Sequence record: MZ443769.1
Direction: 5' to 3' (one strand)
Length of the DNA: 64,000 nucleotides
Made by a program: the position numbers and the translations under genes
The notes under the pieces: model-generated
What the model was told of the DNA's origin: nothing
Seen by the model: only the letters and a program-made list of their open reading frames with translations
Databases searched by the model: none
Shown: one piece after another, positions 26,697-35,970 of the stretch
How the letters are laid out: every line of letters starts with the position of its first letter
How positions within the stretch are numbered: position 1 is the stretch's first letter

Positions 26697-27023
26697 ATGT
26701 CATCATCAACTGAAATCACTTTCTCTTTCTCTTCTCTGACTAGCCTTGAAGTTGTGACAGGCAGTAGTGCTGTTGCCGACTATATGGGCGTGGCTGCGAA
26801 TCAGAAGAAAACGTTTAGCAACAAAGAAGCGTTGGACCTGATGCAGAACAGCAACATCATTAGCGCGTTGTCTCGCTTTGATCAAGCGATTGTCAATCTG
26901 CTGATCGATCAGCAAGAGAGCCACGAAGAACAGCGCAAGCATTATGTCGAACTTGCTCGTGGTATCGATCGTCCTGAAGATGTCCATGCAGGCGTGTATC
27001 TGACAATCAGACACTGCCGCTAA
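26697..27023 (+). CDS. hypothetical protein (108 aa)
   Basis: GAGGAG SD. Confidence 0.75.
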   Translation: MSSSTEITFSFSSLTSLEVVTGSSAVADYMGVAANQKKTFSNKEALDLMQNSNIISALSRFDQAIVNLLIDQQESHEEQRKHYVELARGIDRPEDVHAGVYLTIRHCR

Positions 27024-27086
27024 GATTTGTGAAGGGCATTCTAGCGAGTGTCCTTTGAAAATCACATAACCCGTTCTGAGGAGAAC
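27024..27086 (+). repeat. intergenic repeat copy 2
   Basis: GATTTGTGAAGGGC...CTTTGAAAATC...GTTCT-GAGG-AGAAC. Confidence 0.75.
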
Positions 27087-27090
27087 AAAC

Positions 27091-27447
27091 ATGTCTGCTA
27101 CTCAACTGCCTATCGACGCTCGCGCTTTTGATGACCTCGATAACATCGGCTTTTTGCATATCACTAACTGCCTGTCGATTATGCTTTCTCGTGGCGATTT
27201 AGAACTCGTCACTGATATTGCAGATCGCACAGTCACTGTTAAGTACCGCACTGGCGCTGTGAACAAACTCGGACACGGACTCATTGTCCTGCGTTTCCCG
27301 TCAGAAGTGCTTCAATCGGATATTCTCGAAGACTTCGAAGTGACCGTTGATAAGAATATTGTGATTCTTATCGAACGCCAGCACAGTTCAGACGCAACGT
27401 TCCAGCGCATTGCCGGCGTGATTGAAGGTCTGATGTACAAACTGTGA
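27091..27447 (+). CDS. hypothetical protein (118 aa)
   Basis: GAGGAG SD. Confidence 0.75.
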   Translation: MSATQLPIDARAFDDLDNIGFLHITNCLSIMLSRGDLELVTDIADRTVTVKYRTGAVNKLGHGLIVLRFPSEVLQSDILEDFEVTVDKNIVILIERQHSSDATFQRIAGVIEGLMYKL

Positions 27448-27494
27448 TTGTTGCTTGCAGGTTCTTACGAGAGCCTGCTGTCAACATAACCCAC

Positions 27495-27508
27495 ATGCTG
27501 AGGAGCAT
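27495..27508 (+). promoter_or_regulatory. RBS hairpin with GAGG loop
   Basis: ATGCT-GAGG-AGCAT. Confidence 0.65.
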
Positions 27509-27511
27509 ACA

Positions 27512-27931
27512 ATGATGAAATTCCCAACACGCGGCCAGACTTACACACTGCGTCAAATTCTGCTTGAACTGCCTTTACGTGATTCCGCGTTCTTGCGTTT
27601 CTACCCGACTAAAGTTCGTTATGTCGGATCAAGTGAAGCAGATATTCAAGTCATTCAGACTTCTGCATTGAGCGACGAGCATTTGCTGCTTGACCCTAAG
27701 TGGGAAAACAGTGAGTGGACATTCGTCTAAGAGACTTACGAGTGGATTCCTATCTTCCGCGCAAAAGATAATGCAGCAATCGAAGCGCTGTGTATTATCG
27801 AAGCTTCAACCGAGTCATTCCATCGTAACAACGGGCACATGCACGTATACCCAAAAGGTATGCAGTTCCCGCAGTACGAACCTTATGATGAAACAGTTCA
27901 CGCCAGCTATCTTGAGCGTGTAGGCGAATAA
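27512..27931 (+). pseudogene. gene interrupted by a single in-frame TAA (27728-27730)
   Basis: Same frame continues 66 sense codons (ETYEWIPIF...ERVGE) to TAA 27929-31, then a terminator. Confidence 0.65.
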
Positions 27932-27937
27932 CAAAAC

Positions 27938-27969
27938 AGGGATGCTCACAAAGGTGGGTGTCCCCTTTT
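27938..27969 (+). terminator. rho-independent terminator
   Basis: GGGATGCTCAC/GTGGGTGTCCC stem then CTTTT. Confidence 0.7.
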
Positions 27970-27991
27970 ACTTTCTGTTGAGGAAAAAGCT

Positions 27992-28501
27992 ATGACAAAT
28001 AACACCAGTGCTATCGTTCTGCGTCTCATGACTCACGTTCATCTGATGCACAGTGTAGAGCAGGTCTGCATCATGCAGGACGTTGTACGCATCCGTCTGT
28101 CTGGGATCATGTATGACGTGCGCACAAACGGCCATACGTTCTTAGTGCATGAGATTGAATCCTCCTGCATGTCATCAACTAAGGCAGCGCGAGACCTTGA
28201 AGAGAAATTGAACGGCGAGCGTGAAGCGGTACCTGTGCACGGTTTAAAGATTCAACCACACTGGCCACCGATTATCGACAAATACACCCAGTCAATGTCG
28301 CCTCAGTACATTCAAGAATACACGGAACATTGTGGTGGGCCTGACTTAGATGATCTCAAAACAAAAACTATCTGGGTAAGATCTCACTTGCTCGAATTCT
28401 GGCGAGCGAATGGTCTGAACAATTTCCTCGACCACGTACTCTTTATCGAAGGTCGCATTCGCCGCGACGAGCTGTTCAAAGAAATCCAAAAGCACTGCTA
28501 G
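27992..28501 (+). CDS. hypothetical protein (169 aa)
   Basis: GAGGA SD. Confidence 0.75.
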   Translation: MTNNTSAIVLRLMTHVHLMHSVEQVCIMQDVVRIRLSGIMYDVRTNGHTFLVHEIESSCMSSTKAARDLEEKLNGEREAVPVHGLKIQPHWPPIIDKYTQSMSPQYIQEYTEHCGGPDLDDLKTKTIWVRSHLLEFWRANGLNNFLDHVLFIEGRIRRDELFKEIQKHC

Positions 28502-28527
28502 TTCACTCATAACAAAAGAAGGACCAA

Positions 28528-28836
28528 ATGAAAACATTTCCGCTTAACTTAGCGGGCTTTGTTGTAGCGATTTATAGTCGCATTAAGTACCGTAGGGAAA
28601 GATTCAAAAACGAAATATTGGACGCGATTATAAAATTGAATCAACGAGACCGTAACCTGTTGTTCATCGTGTTTGATTTAGAAAACAATGACAGTGGCAT
28701 AACTGCATTGTCTAACATGAGTCGCAGACAGCTTGCTGACCTGTGTGCTCAAAACTACGTGCGTGTCACAGGCAGAGATTGGCCAGTGTACCACACATTC
28801 AACCAAGTAGTATCTGCAACTAGAAGATGGGGTTAA
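28528..28836 (+). CDS. hypothetical protein (102 aa)
   Basis: AAGGA SD. Confidence 0.7.
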   Translation: MKTFPLNLAGFVVAIYSRIKYRRERFKNEILDAIIKLNQRDRNLLFIVFDLENNDSGITALSNMSRRQLADLCAQNYVRVTGRDWPVYHTFNQVVSATRRWG

Positions 28837-28838
28837 TC

Positions 28839-29279
28839 ATGAGCGATATAGATATTCTGATCCGTGAATACCAACGGGCGTATCTGAAAGCGGAAGCATC
28901 ACACTGGGGAAACGTTGCGTACCACGTTGAAGATCTTACTGAGTGTTCGATCTACATGCGATTCCGTTCAGGCAGACAAGCTCTGTGGCAGCGACCCGTT
29001 CTTGTACTCGCAACAATCGACGTGAAAAATCCTGGCAACGGTTTCTTCTCCAAGCTTCTCGCTGAAACGAAAGCCCTGTGCAAAGAACGCGACTGGGTGC
29101 TACAGCTTGAGAACGTGTTGACTCCGCAGTTTCGTCGCTTCCTATCTCGTGGTGGATTCACACCGCAAGGCGTAGACTCTGATTCTGATCATGGCAGTAT
29201 GTACTGGTTTCATGATGAAAGCATCCTCAGCACAACACCTATGCGACCTGAGTATTTTGAATTGATCAAACAGCTCTGA
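28839..29279 (+). CDS. GNAT-like acetyltransferase
   Basis: LATIDVKNPGNGFFSKLL (motif A-like) and FLSRGGF (motif B-like). Confidence 0.5.
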   Translation: MSDIDILIREYQRAYLKAEASHWGNVAYHVEDLTECSIYMRFRSGRQALWQRPVLVLATIDVKNPGNGFFSKLLAETKALCKERDWVLQLENVLTPQFRRFLSRGGFTPQGVDSDSDHGSMYWFHDESILSTTPMRPEYFELIKQL

Positions 29280-29295
29280 ACATTGATAACCACCC

Positions 29296-29325
29296 AAGCA
29301 CTGGTCTGAAAAGGTCAGTGCTTTT
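29296..29325 (+). terminator. terminator with GAAA loop
   Basis: AAGCACTGGTCT-GAAA-AGGTCAGTGCTT then TT. Confidence 0.7.
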
Positions 29326-29346
29326 CCTACATTACTGGAGCACTAC

Positions 29347-30387
29347 ATGACTAACGAAACTGGCATGATGATTGATGAAGATGTTCTTGATTACCTCGAA
29401 GACAGACTCACGCATGAGATGCAAGACATTACCAATGCGTTGAACAACCTGCTGTATGCAAACCGCGCTGTGTTGCAGATATCCCACCTCGAATCAGATG
29501 AAGACATTGCTGCACTGTCTCACGCTGACCTTACGCTGCTGCTCAAGCTGGCTGACCCGAACAGTTCTTACGACAACGTTACTCTGTCTAACAGAAAGAT
29601 TCTCGGTCTTGTGTTGAATGCTCTGAACGTTGTAGAGTATCGCCTGCCTACTTATCAATCCACTCTACTGGAGAAACGTGCCTTTGAGCTAAATGAAGTT
29701 CTCATTCTCGACAAGACTGTCGGCCAAGGCGTTATCTTCTCTGCTGCATGGAACTGGCTGCACGGCATTCAAGATGTGAATCTCGATCAGATTGGATTCA
29801 GTGAAGCGCCTGAGACAGATGGTATCTATCTCGTACTTGATGAACATAAGCAAGTGCGTATGGGCAGACTGTTCCACAACGCAGATGATGGACTTTCGTT
29901 TATTGAGCAACATGCAAATGAAAGTTCTTTGTGGCACAAGGCAGAAGAACTCGACGAAGATGAATTGCCGATCTGCTTACTCACTAACTGGGTTCTGGTT
30001 ATGCCTGAAGTAGTACCTACTGTACGTGCAACAGGTGCACCGCTTAAAGCTGCTACTGACTGCACTCGCATCTATGCGTTCGTGACAAACCTCAGCCCTC
30101 ACGTTAAGACTGAACTTGTCACACACTTCGCAGGCATTCTTGATCGTGAACTTAATTCCGTTCAAGCGATAGGTCGTCTGTCTGAACTTGACTGGCAGAA
30201 CGCAGCCCGCGCAGTTGCTGACGATGTGCTGTTACGCCTGAGTGACCGTACATCTTGGTCTACAGAGAAAGCGTGGCCGTGTTTCGTTGCTGTGTTAAAG
30301 GAGTTGGGCTTCAACTTCGAAACCCATCAGTTCGATGCTCAATATGAGTATGGTGCTAACGATGAAGAACATGATAGCGATTCGTAA
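29347..30387 (+). CDS. hypothetical protein (346 aa)
   Basis: GGAG SD. Confidence 0.8.
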   Translation: MTNETGMMIDEDVLDYLEDRLTHEMQDITNALNNLLYANRAVLQISHLESDEDIAALSHADLTLLLKLADPNSSYDNVTLSNRKILGLVLNALNVVEYRLPTYQSTLLEKRAFELNEVLILDKTVGQGVIFSAAWNWLHGIQDVNLDQIGFSEAPETDGIYLVLDEHKQVRMGRLFHNADDGLSFIEQHANESSLWHKAEELDEDELPICLLTNWVLVMPEVVPTVRATGAPLKAATDCTRIYAFVTNLSPHVKTELVTHFAGILDRELNSVQAIGRLSELDWQNAARAVADDVLLRLSDRTSWSTEKAWPCFVAVLKELGFNFETHQFDAQYEYGANDEEHDSDS

Positions 30388-30583
30388 AAAGTTATATTTG
30401 AATGTGACAGCCTTAGTGCTGTCCTTCATTCTTATCACACTGCTTTGTTGGTCTGACCTAGACGTGTTTGCTTTTGCATACGCTATGCTGCTGGGTCTAT
30501 CTCTATTCTGCGCAGGCGTTGCTGTTGGCCGCGTAGAAAAAACAATTGAAGAACTATTTGAAAAGGAAGATCAGAATGGCTAA
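30371..30583 (+). CDS. small membrane protein (2 TM)
   Basis: Two hydrophobic segments; overlaps both neighbours. Confidence 0.6.
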   Translation: MIAIRKKLYLNVTALVLSFILITLLCWSDLDVFAFAYAMLLGLSLFCAGVAVGRVEKTIEELFEKEDQNG

Positions 30584-31121
30584 GTCACTCGGCGTATACA
30601 TGACATACGTGTTACGTCACAGTCCGCAATCAATCGGTATTGCTATGGACACTCAGGGTTGGGTATCAGTTTCTGATTTCTTGCAGAAGCAACAATGGCA
30701 CAAGACAAAGACTGTCTCTCTGGAAATGCTGATCGAAGAAGTGGCGAATGACGAGAAAGGCAGATTCGAGTTGAACACAAGTCAGACCAAGATTCGTTGT
30801 GTTCAAGGCCACTCTGTTGAGCATGTGATTCTTAACTTGCAGGACTACATGCCTGAAGATTACCTGTATCACGGTACTGCTGAAAAGAACTTGGCAATCA
30901 TCTTACAGGAAGGTCTGAGCAAGATGCGCCGCAAGCACGTTCACATCTCTGACAACCAAACTACTGCAATGCAAGTAGGTCAGCGACACGGCAAACCTGT
31001 TGTGCTTTCAGTTGACGCCGCTACTATGGCTTCTCATGGATATAAGTTCTACCGTGCAGAGAACGGAGTCATTTTGATTAACGAAGTACCTCCACGATAT
31101 CTTAGGATTGCTCATGAATAA
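30576..31121 (+). CDS. kptA: RNA 2'-phosphotransferase Tpt1/KptA family
   Basis: LRHSP, GWV, RCVQGHS, LYHGT, RKHVHIS, GQRHG, NGV.L..VPP motifs. Confidence 0.9.
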   Translation: MAKSLGVYMTYVLRHSPQSIGIAMDTQGWVSVSDFLQKQQWHKTKTVSLEMLIEEVANDEKGRFELNTSQTKIRCVQGHSVEHVILNLQDYMPEDYLYHGTAEKNLAIILQEGLSKMRRKHVHISDNQTTAMQVGQRHGKPVVLSVDAATMASHGYKFYRAENGVILINEVPPRYLRIAHE

Positions 31122-31512
31122 AAGATACTATCAATATCTAGGTGGCCGTCGATTTGTCAGATCGCCTAGCGGTACTTGGTACTTCGTGTTTCAACGCGAT
31201 GGTGCTATGGTAACGAACAGCAACGGAACAACGTTCTACCGTACAGGTTCAGAAGTGTGGAAAGATATCACGATGACTGAACGTAACCAACTTGAACGCA
31301 TGTTCGTGGAATCGAGACAAGCCGAACGCAAAGTAATGAAAGAGGAAGATATGCACTGGCTGACCCTGATCCGTGTTCTTATCAATGACTCAATGATTGA
31401 AAGCAACGAAAACAAGGCCGAATTGGCAGGGCTTTTAGATGGGCTGCGCATAGCGTCATATCAAGAGAAGCTGTCTGATCTAGACACATTATTGGACAAA
31501 ACGTCTGTATAA
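31114..31512 (+). CDS. hypothetical protein
   Basis: AGGA SD before ATG 31114. Confidence 0.65.
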   Translation: MNKRYYQYLGGRRFVRSPSGTWYFVFQRDGAMVTNSNGTTFYRTGSEVWKDITMTERNQLERMFVESRQAERKVMKEEDMHWLTLIRVLINDSMIESNENKAELAGLLDGLRIASYQEKLSDLDTLLDKTSV

Positions 31513-31536
31513 AGTGTAAGCACAACCTGTTATACT
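31504..31536 (+). promoter_or_regulatory. possible promoter (shortened early-class variant)
   Basis: TCTGTATAAA...CAACCTGTTATACT resembles both ends of the 53435-53490 promoter. Confidence 0.35.
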
Positions 31537-31572
31537 ATCAATGAACGCTAGACATTCTGTTTAGCTATTTAC

Positions 31573-32949
31573 ATGAGGAACATGTACATGAAAAAGATCA
31601 AACACACTTTCCGCCTTGCTGACTTGGTTCACATCAAACCAAACACAAAGAAAACCCGCAGTCACTTCGAATCCGATGTTGATGCAATCGTCGTTGGCCG
31701 TGATGATGAAGAAGACAAGTATGACCTTCACATTAAAGGTGTTGGTGTAAGTGCTTGGTACCCAGCAGAAGACCTGATTCTGATCAAACACGATCAGAGC
31801 GAACTGCTTGACCAGTGGGAATCCGGCAACTACGGGAAAAAGAAGCGCAAGATTCCTAAGACGCTGCGTAACTTCACGGCGATTCTGCCTGTGACCTGCA
31901 ACGCCGATTGTTCGTTCTGTCCAGAGAAAGAGATGGAAACGAAAGCTGGCCAGAAAGAATGGCAAGACAATCTGATCGCCTCTATTCTTGCGCAGGAACA
32001 TCGCTTCGACCACGTATCAATCAGTGGCGGCGAACCTACTCTGCGTCAGAAATTCCTGTTCGAAACGATCGACCGTATTCTGTCTGAGACTTCAATCAAG
32101 AAAGTCGGTCTGACTTCTAACGGCCAATTCCTTGAGAAGCATAACAACACTCTGGACTTTCTTGATCGTAACACAACGCTTGAGATGACGAGCAAGCTGT
32201 CGCATCTGAATATCAGTATGCACTCATTCAACCGTGACCGTGCAAACGAAATCATGGGCGTGAAGTATCAGCACAGTCTGGAGGAGCTTGCCCGCTTCCG
32301 TCGTCAGTTAGGTCGCAACGTTAGTTTCCACATTAACTTTGTTCTGAATGAAAAGTCCGATGACTATCAGAAAGAGTTTCTGGCAGCACAAGCTTTCATG
32401 AAAGAGCATCCGTACATTGATGTTGTATTCCGTGTTGACTACAACAACAAAGAGCTGTCGCAAGAGCTGCGCGACTACGCTATGTCCGTTGAAGAGTATC
32501 ACGCACAATCTGCTGATGCTGTTAAACGCCGCTTGAAGTTCAAGGCGCCTAAAGTATTACGTCCTAAGCTTGTTCAGAAGTTTGATGGCGTCTTCGGTCA
32601 TAACGAAGATCACGAAGAAGGTGCTTGGACAACGGGCTGTCCGTCTTGCTTCACTCACTGTTCTGATTCCGTCAACAATAGTCATGCGTACTTGAAAGCG
32701 AGTTCATACGAACCGAATGAAGATGAAGATGAATACACTGAGATGGTGTTTCACATGGACGGTAAGTTGTACTTCGATTGGTCGCGTGTGGATGTAGTGC
32801 CTGCTAAGAAACCGAAAGCTAAGAAAGTTGTGGCGAAAGCTAAGAAAGAAAAGAAAGAAAAGAAAGAAAAGACTAAACGCGATTGTGTGTACTACCCGCG
32901 TTCTGGTTGTTCTTATGCTCGTACTGGCGTAGGCTCTTGTCAATTTTAA
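31573..32949 (+). CDS. radical SAM domain protein
   Basis: CNADCSFC (CxxxCxxC), SISGGEP, LTSNG, LNISMH motifs. Confidence 0.85.
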   Translation: MRNMYMKKIKHTFRLADLVHIKPNTKKTRSHFESDVDAIVVGRDDEEDKYDLHIKGVGVSAWYPAEDLILIKHDQSELLDQWESGNYGKKKRKIPKTLRNFTAILPVTCNADCSFCPEKEMETKAGQKEWQDNLIASILAQEHRFDHVSISGGEPTLRQKFLFETIDRILSETSIKKVGLTSNGQFLEKHNNTLDFLDRNTTLEMTSKLSHLNISMHSFNRDRANEIMGVKYQHSLEELARFRRQLGRNVSFHINFVLNEKSDDYQKEFLAAQAFMKEHPYIDVVFRVDYNNKELSQELRDYAMSVEEYHAQSADAVKRRLKFKAPKVLRPKLVQKFDGVFGHNEDHEEGAWTTGCPSCFTHCSDSVNNSHAYLKASSYEPNEDEDEYTEMVFHMDGKLYFDWSRVDVVPAKKPKAKKVVAKAKKEKKEKKEKTKRDCVYYPRSGCSYARTGVGSCQF

Positions 32950-32959
32950 GGGGATAAAA

Positions 32960-33514
32960 ATGAAACCTGTTGAACATTCCGAAGGTTACTGGGCATCTGC
33001 ACTCTGCCCTCTTCTGCCTACAGCGATTCATAAAGATCGCGCATGGCACGGCAAGAAACAGTTTCTTGCAAAACTTGATCGCGTAGAGTTGCAAGCGAAC
33101 CGTGTGCAATTCCGTGGCATCTCTAAATGTCGTCTGTGTAACTGTCAGAACGGTGGCGGTACCTTTGAGTATCTCGGCTGGCGTTGGCCTCAAGGCTATT
33201 CTCATTACATCGACGAGCACAACATCAAGCCGTCTGCTGAGTTCTTTGAATTCGTTAATCGTTGTACAACCGATCCGAAGATCAAAGTAGACGTAAGCAC
33301 AGGCGTAACGAAAAAAGAGATGTTGCTTCTGGAGCATGTTGCATGTGCCTATGCAGGCAACGAACAAGTTCGCCTACATGCAATGTATATTGTAGCTAAG
33401 ATGCTACGTGCTGAACGCGGCCAGAACATGCCGCACACTAACGTGGTTATTGTTGATGAAAAGAGTAGCGAAGACGAACTCCGCGCTGCTCTGAAAAGAA
33501 TGGGAGTCTTATAA
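32960..33514 (+). CDS. hypothetical protein with CxxC/H motif
   Basis: CRLC...WPQGYSHYIDEH. Confidence 0.7.
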   Translation: MKPVEHSEGYWASALCPLLPTAIHKDRAWHGKKQFLAKLDRVELQANRVQFRGISKCRLCNCQNGGGTFEYLGWRWPQGYSHYIDEHNIKPSAEFFEFVNRCTTDPKIKVDVSTGVTKKEMLLLEHVACAYAGNEQVRLHAMYIVAKMLRAERGQNMPHTNVVIVDEKSSEDELRAALKRMGVL

Positions 33515-33846
33515 TGTATTCTGTTTATTACACTGCGTACCATACGTGGCGCAAACGCTTTTCTATTGTCGTCTTGTTGTTAGTTCTGACTCTGATTGCT
33601 CAGGGTTACATGAGTCAAACAATGGCGAACAGTTACTGGATGTGGATTGGCATTCTGTACATCATACCGCTTGCTGTTAGTTGGTACTACATGGCTTTCT
33701 ATAGTGACTGTCTGATTTCTGATTTGCAGGCAGGAACTCACGTTGTCTGTCCTGGCTATGACAAGTGGAAAAAGCGACACATCGCTTGGTACACAAAACG
33801 TTTTGGCAGCGCACCTCGTATTAAACAGATGGGGGATAATAACTAA
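33514..33846 (+). CDS. membrane protein (2 TM)
   Basis: Two hydrophobic segments; TAATG overlap. Confidence 0.65.
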   Translation: MYSVYYTAYHTWRKRFSIVVLLLVLTLIAQGYMSQTMANSYWMWIGILYIIPLAVSWYYMAFYSDCLISDLQAGTHVVCPGYDKWKKRHIAWYTKRFGSAPRIKQMGDNN

Positions 33847-34172
33847 TGATTACTTTCCTTCTCCGTGCTCTAGGCTTGCGCTACCCCTCAGTCTATTGTG
33901 CCCTGAACAATATGCGCAAAGATTGTGTGCGTATCTCCTATGACTCTTACGTTGTAAAAAATTCTTCTGGATTGGCCGAAGCAATCAATGACTATATCAA
34001 AAATACTTACGATATGGTTAGCCCTAATGATCGTGATACAGCTTCGGCGTTGCGCGTTAATCTTTTAGAAGGTGCAACAAACGTGCATTATCCTAGCGTT
34101 GTGTGGGTGGCGCAGAGTTCATTGGAAATTCTGCATGTTGATTATGATCAATCTGATGCGTACGGAGCGTAG
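33846..34172 (+). CDS. hypothetical protein (108 aa)
   Basis: TAATG overlap. Confidence 0.6.
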   Translation: MITFLLRALGLRYPSVYCALNNMRKDCVRISYDSYVVKNSSGLAEAINDYIKNTYDMVSPNDRDTASALRVNLLEGATNVHYPSVVWVAQSSLEILHVDYDQSDAYGA

Positions 34173-34175
34173 CTA

Positions 34176-34652
34176 ATGAGTCGTCTGTTTACTGAGAACC
34201 ACCGCAAGAAACATCACGTTGCTTCAACTGACCCTAAATATCATGGTGCTGAGTGTGAAGCAATCTATCTCAACGGTATGGAGTTGTTGAAAGAGCATCA
34301 CTACCTACGCTCTGTGCTGACCAACATAAATATTGTTGCTAGTTCTTCTAGCATCACTAATAAGACAACGCGCAAGACTCGTAACGCTTGGGTGAAAGCT
34401 GTTGCTTCCCTCGCAGACGAACCGCGTAGTCGTGCAACTCTTATTGCTCGGTACAACGATGTTGCCGAGCTGCTGAAAGATGCAAGGCACTCTTATTCCG
34501 AGTACCACAGCGAACGACACGGCGTGCCTATCCTGTATCACGTAGTCGACCCGCGTATGCAGGTTCTCGTCAAGTGTCACACTCACGGGTATGCCCGTCA
34601 CTATATCGACTCAACGGGCATCATCGCAAAACTTAAATATATTAAGGTGTAA
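34176..34652 (+). CDS. hypothetical protein (158 aa)
   Basis: GGAG SD. Confidence 0.7.
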   Translation: MSRLFTENHRKKHHVASTDPKYHGAECEAIYLNGMELLKEHHYLRSVLTNINIVASSSSITNKTTRKTRNAWVKAVASLADEPRSRATLIARYNDVAELLKDARHSYSEYHSERHGVPILYHVVDPRMQVLVKCHTHGYARHYIDSTGIIAKLKYIKV

Positions 34653-34656
34653 AGAA

Positions 34657-34914
34657 ATGGCTGTAGGCTTTGGACCTGCTGATGGTGTTCAAGATACCAT
34701 CCACGCAAACTTGATGAATGAACTTGATCGCGTTCGTTCAGAACTTCAAGGTAGTGGTAGCGATTATTGCCATGACTGTGACGCAGAGATTCCAGTCATG
34801 CGCAAGCTTGCAATGCCGAACGCTATCTACTGTGTAAGCTGTCAATCAGATCACGACGGCAGCGCTCACGTTTCCTATAATCGACGTGGTTCGAAAGACT
34901 CACAGTTGAGGTAA
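34657..34914 (+). CDS. ybiI: DksA/TraR C4 zinc-finger protein, YbiI-like
   Basis: CHDC...IP..R..A.P....CVSCQ; C-terminus YNRRGSKDSQLR as in enterobacterial YbiI (recalled). Confidence 0.85.
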   Translation: MAVGFGPADGVQDTIHANLMNELDRVRSELQGSGSDYCHDCDAEIPVMRKLAMPNAIYCVSCQSDHDGSAHVSYNRRGSKDSQLR

Positions 34915-34916
34915 GT

Positions 34917-35282
34917 ATGGGTATCAGATATATTCCTCGTTGGATTTACCTGAGTGTCAAACGTGTCGTTCTCTCCATAGAATTGAAACTGCTTGAACGT
35001 AAAGTCCAGCGAACGGAAGAACAAAGAGTTGTGTTTGATGCGATTGCGAACATGGGCGTTCGTGGTCATCAAGTCTTGGTTTACTTTGATCGTTACTACA
35101 AGAAACCTCGTGGCATTAGTCACAATCTTGTTTACTTGTGGCCGAAGAAAACACTGCATCAAGTATTCCACAATAACGGCATTGAAGTGTCAGACACACC
35201 TGACTACGAAGTTGCGTTCAACCAACTACTCGACAAAGTATACAGAGAAGATAAGCATGAAACCGACTATATGGAAAGTTAA
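34917..35282 (+). CDS. hypothetical protein (121 aa)
   Basis: GAGGT SD. Confidence 0.65.
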   Translation: MGIRYIPRWIYLSVKRVVLSIELKLLERKVQRTEEQRVVFDAIANMGVRGHQVLVYFDRYYKKPRGISHNLVYLWPKKTLHQVFHNNGIEVSDTPDYEVAFNQLLDKVYREDKHETDYMES

Positions 35283-35616
35283 GTACACGCAGAAAGATAA
35301 TCCAAGTAATACACATGACGCTATCTTTTACTCTCAAGAGGACTTTGAGAAATCCGCGTGGTTGCATTCGCTCAACTTCACTGTCGATGTTCAGACTTTC
35401 ATTGAGCTGCCTCTCGATTCGTTTCAATACCCGGACGTTCCAAGCACCACGGAACCTCCGCGTATCTTTAGCGTTAAGCATTACACAGGCGACGAGCATC
35501 CGTCACTGATAGGCATGAAGCAATACTTCCACGTCATTGGTGATCGTGAAGAAGTACAGGACTTTGCTGATATGCTCAACACCGCACTGCTGTGTGCATC
35601 AAAAGTTAAACAGTAG
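35257..35616 (+). CDS. hypothetical protein
   Basis: 3' part of ORF 34993-35616; ATG 35257. Confidence 0.6.
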   Translation: MKPTIWKVKYTQKDNPSNTHDAIFYSQEDFEKSAWLHSLNFTVDVQTFIELPLDSFQYPDVPSTTEPPRIFSVKHYTGDEHPSLIGMKQYFHVIGDREEVQDFADMLNTALLCASKVKQ

Positions 35617-35623
35617 GTGAATC

Positions 35624-35959
35624 ATGAACGAGAAATTCGGTGGAATCTCTGACGAAGAAGTGGAAGTCTTCTTGAAGCAGAATGGTTTTATGCAAGTGCG
35701 TAAGCTTGAGACAGGTGAATGGATTGGACTGATGCGCCTAGCATTCACAATGAGCGTGTGTTGTGATATTGATGACATGACACCGTTTCGTTATCGTTGG
35801 TGTTTCAGCGAACTTGCCGAAGCCATGCACTTCTTCGCTGTATGCAAGTCTGTGACAGAAGTACCTGAAGAAGATCGTAGACATTCACTTGCTGGTCATC
35901 GGTACATTGATAAGCCGTTACTCGTTCTGTACAACGAAGTGGGCTTGCCTCGCTGGTAG
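35624..35959 (+). CDS. hypothetical protein (111 aa)
   Basis: AGGTG SD. Confidence 0.7.
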   Translation: MNEKFGGISDEEVEVFLKQNGFMQVRKLETGEWIGLMRLAFTMSVCCDIDDMTPFRYRWCFSELAEAMHFFAVCKSVTEVPEEDRRHSLAGHRYIDKPLLVLYNEVGLPRW

Positions 35960-35970
35960 TCGATACGATT

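Noticed and set aside
26634-27086. CRISPR repeats or integron attC sites
   Set aside because: Only two copies, separated by a whole gene; no GTTRRRY/RYYYAAC ends and no integrase seen
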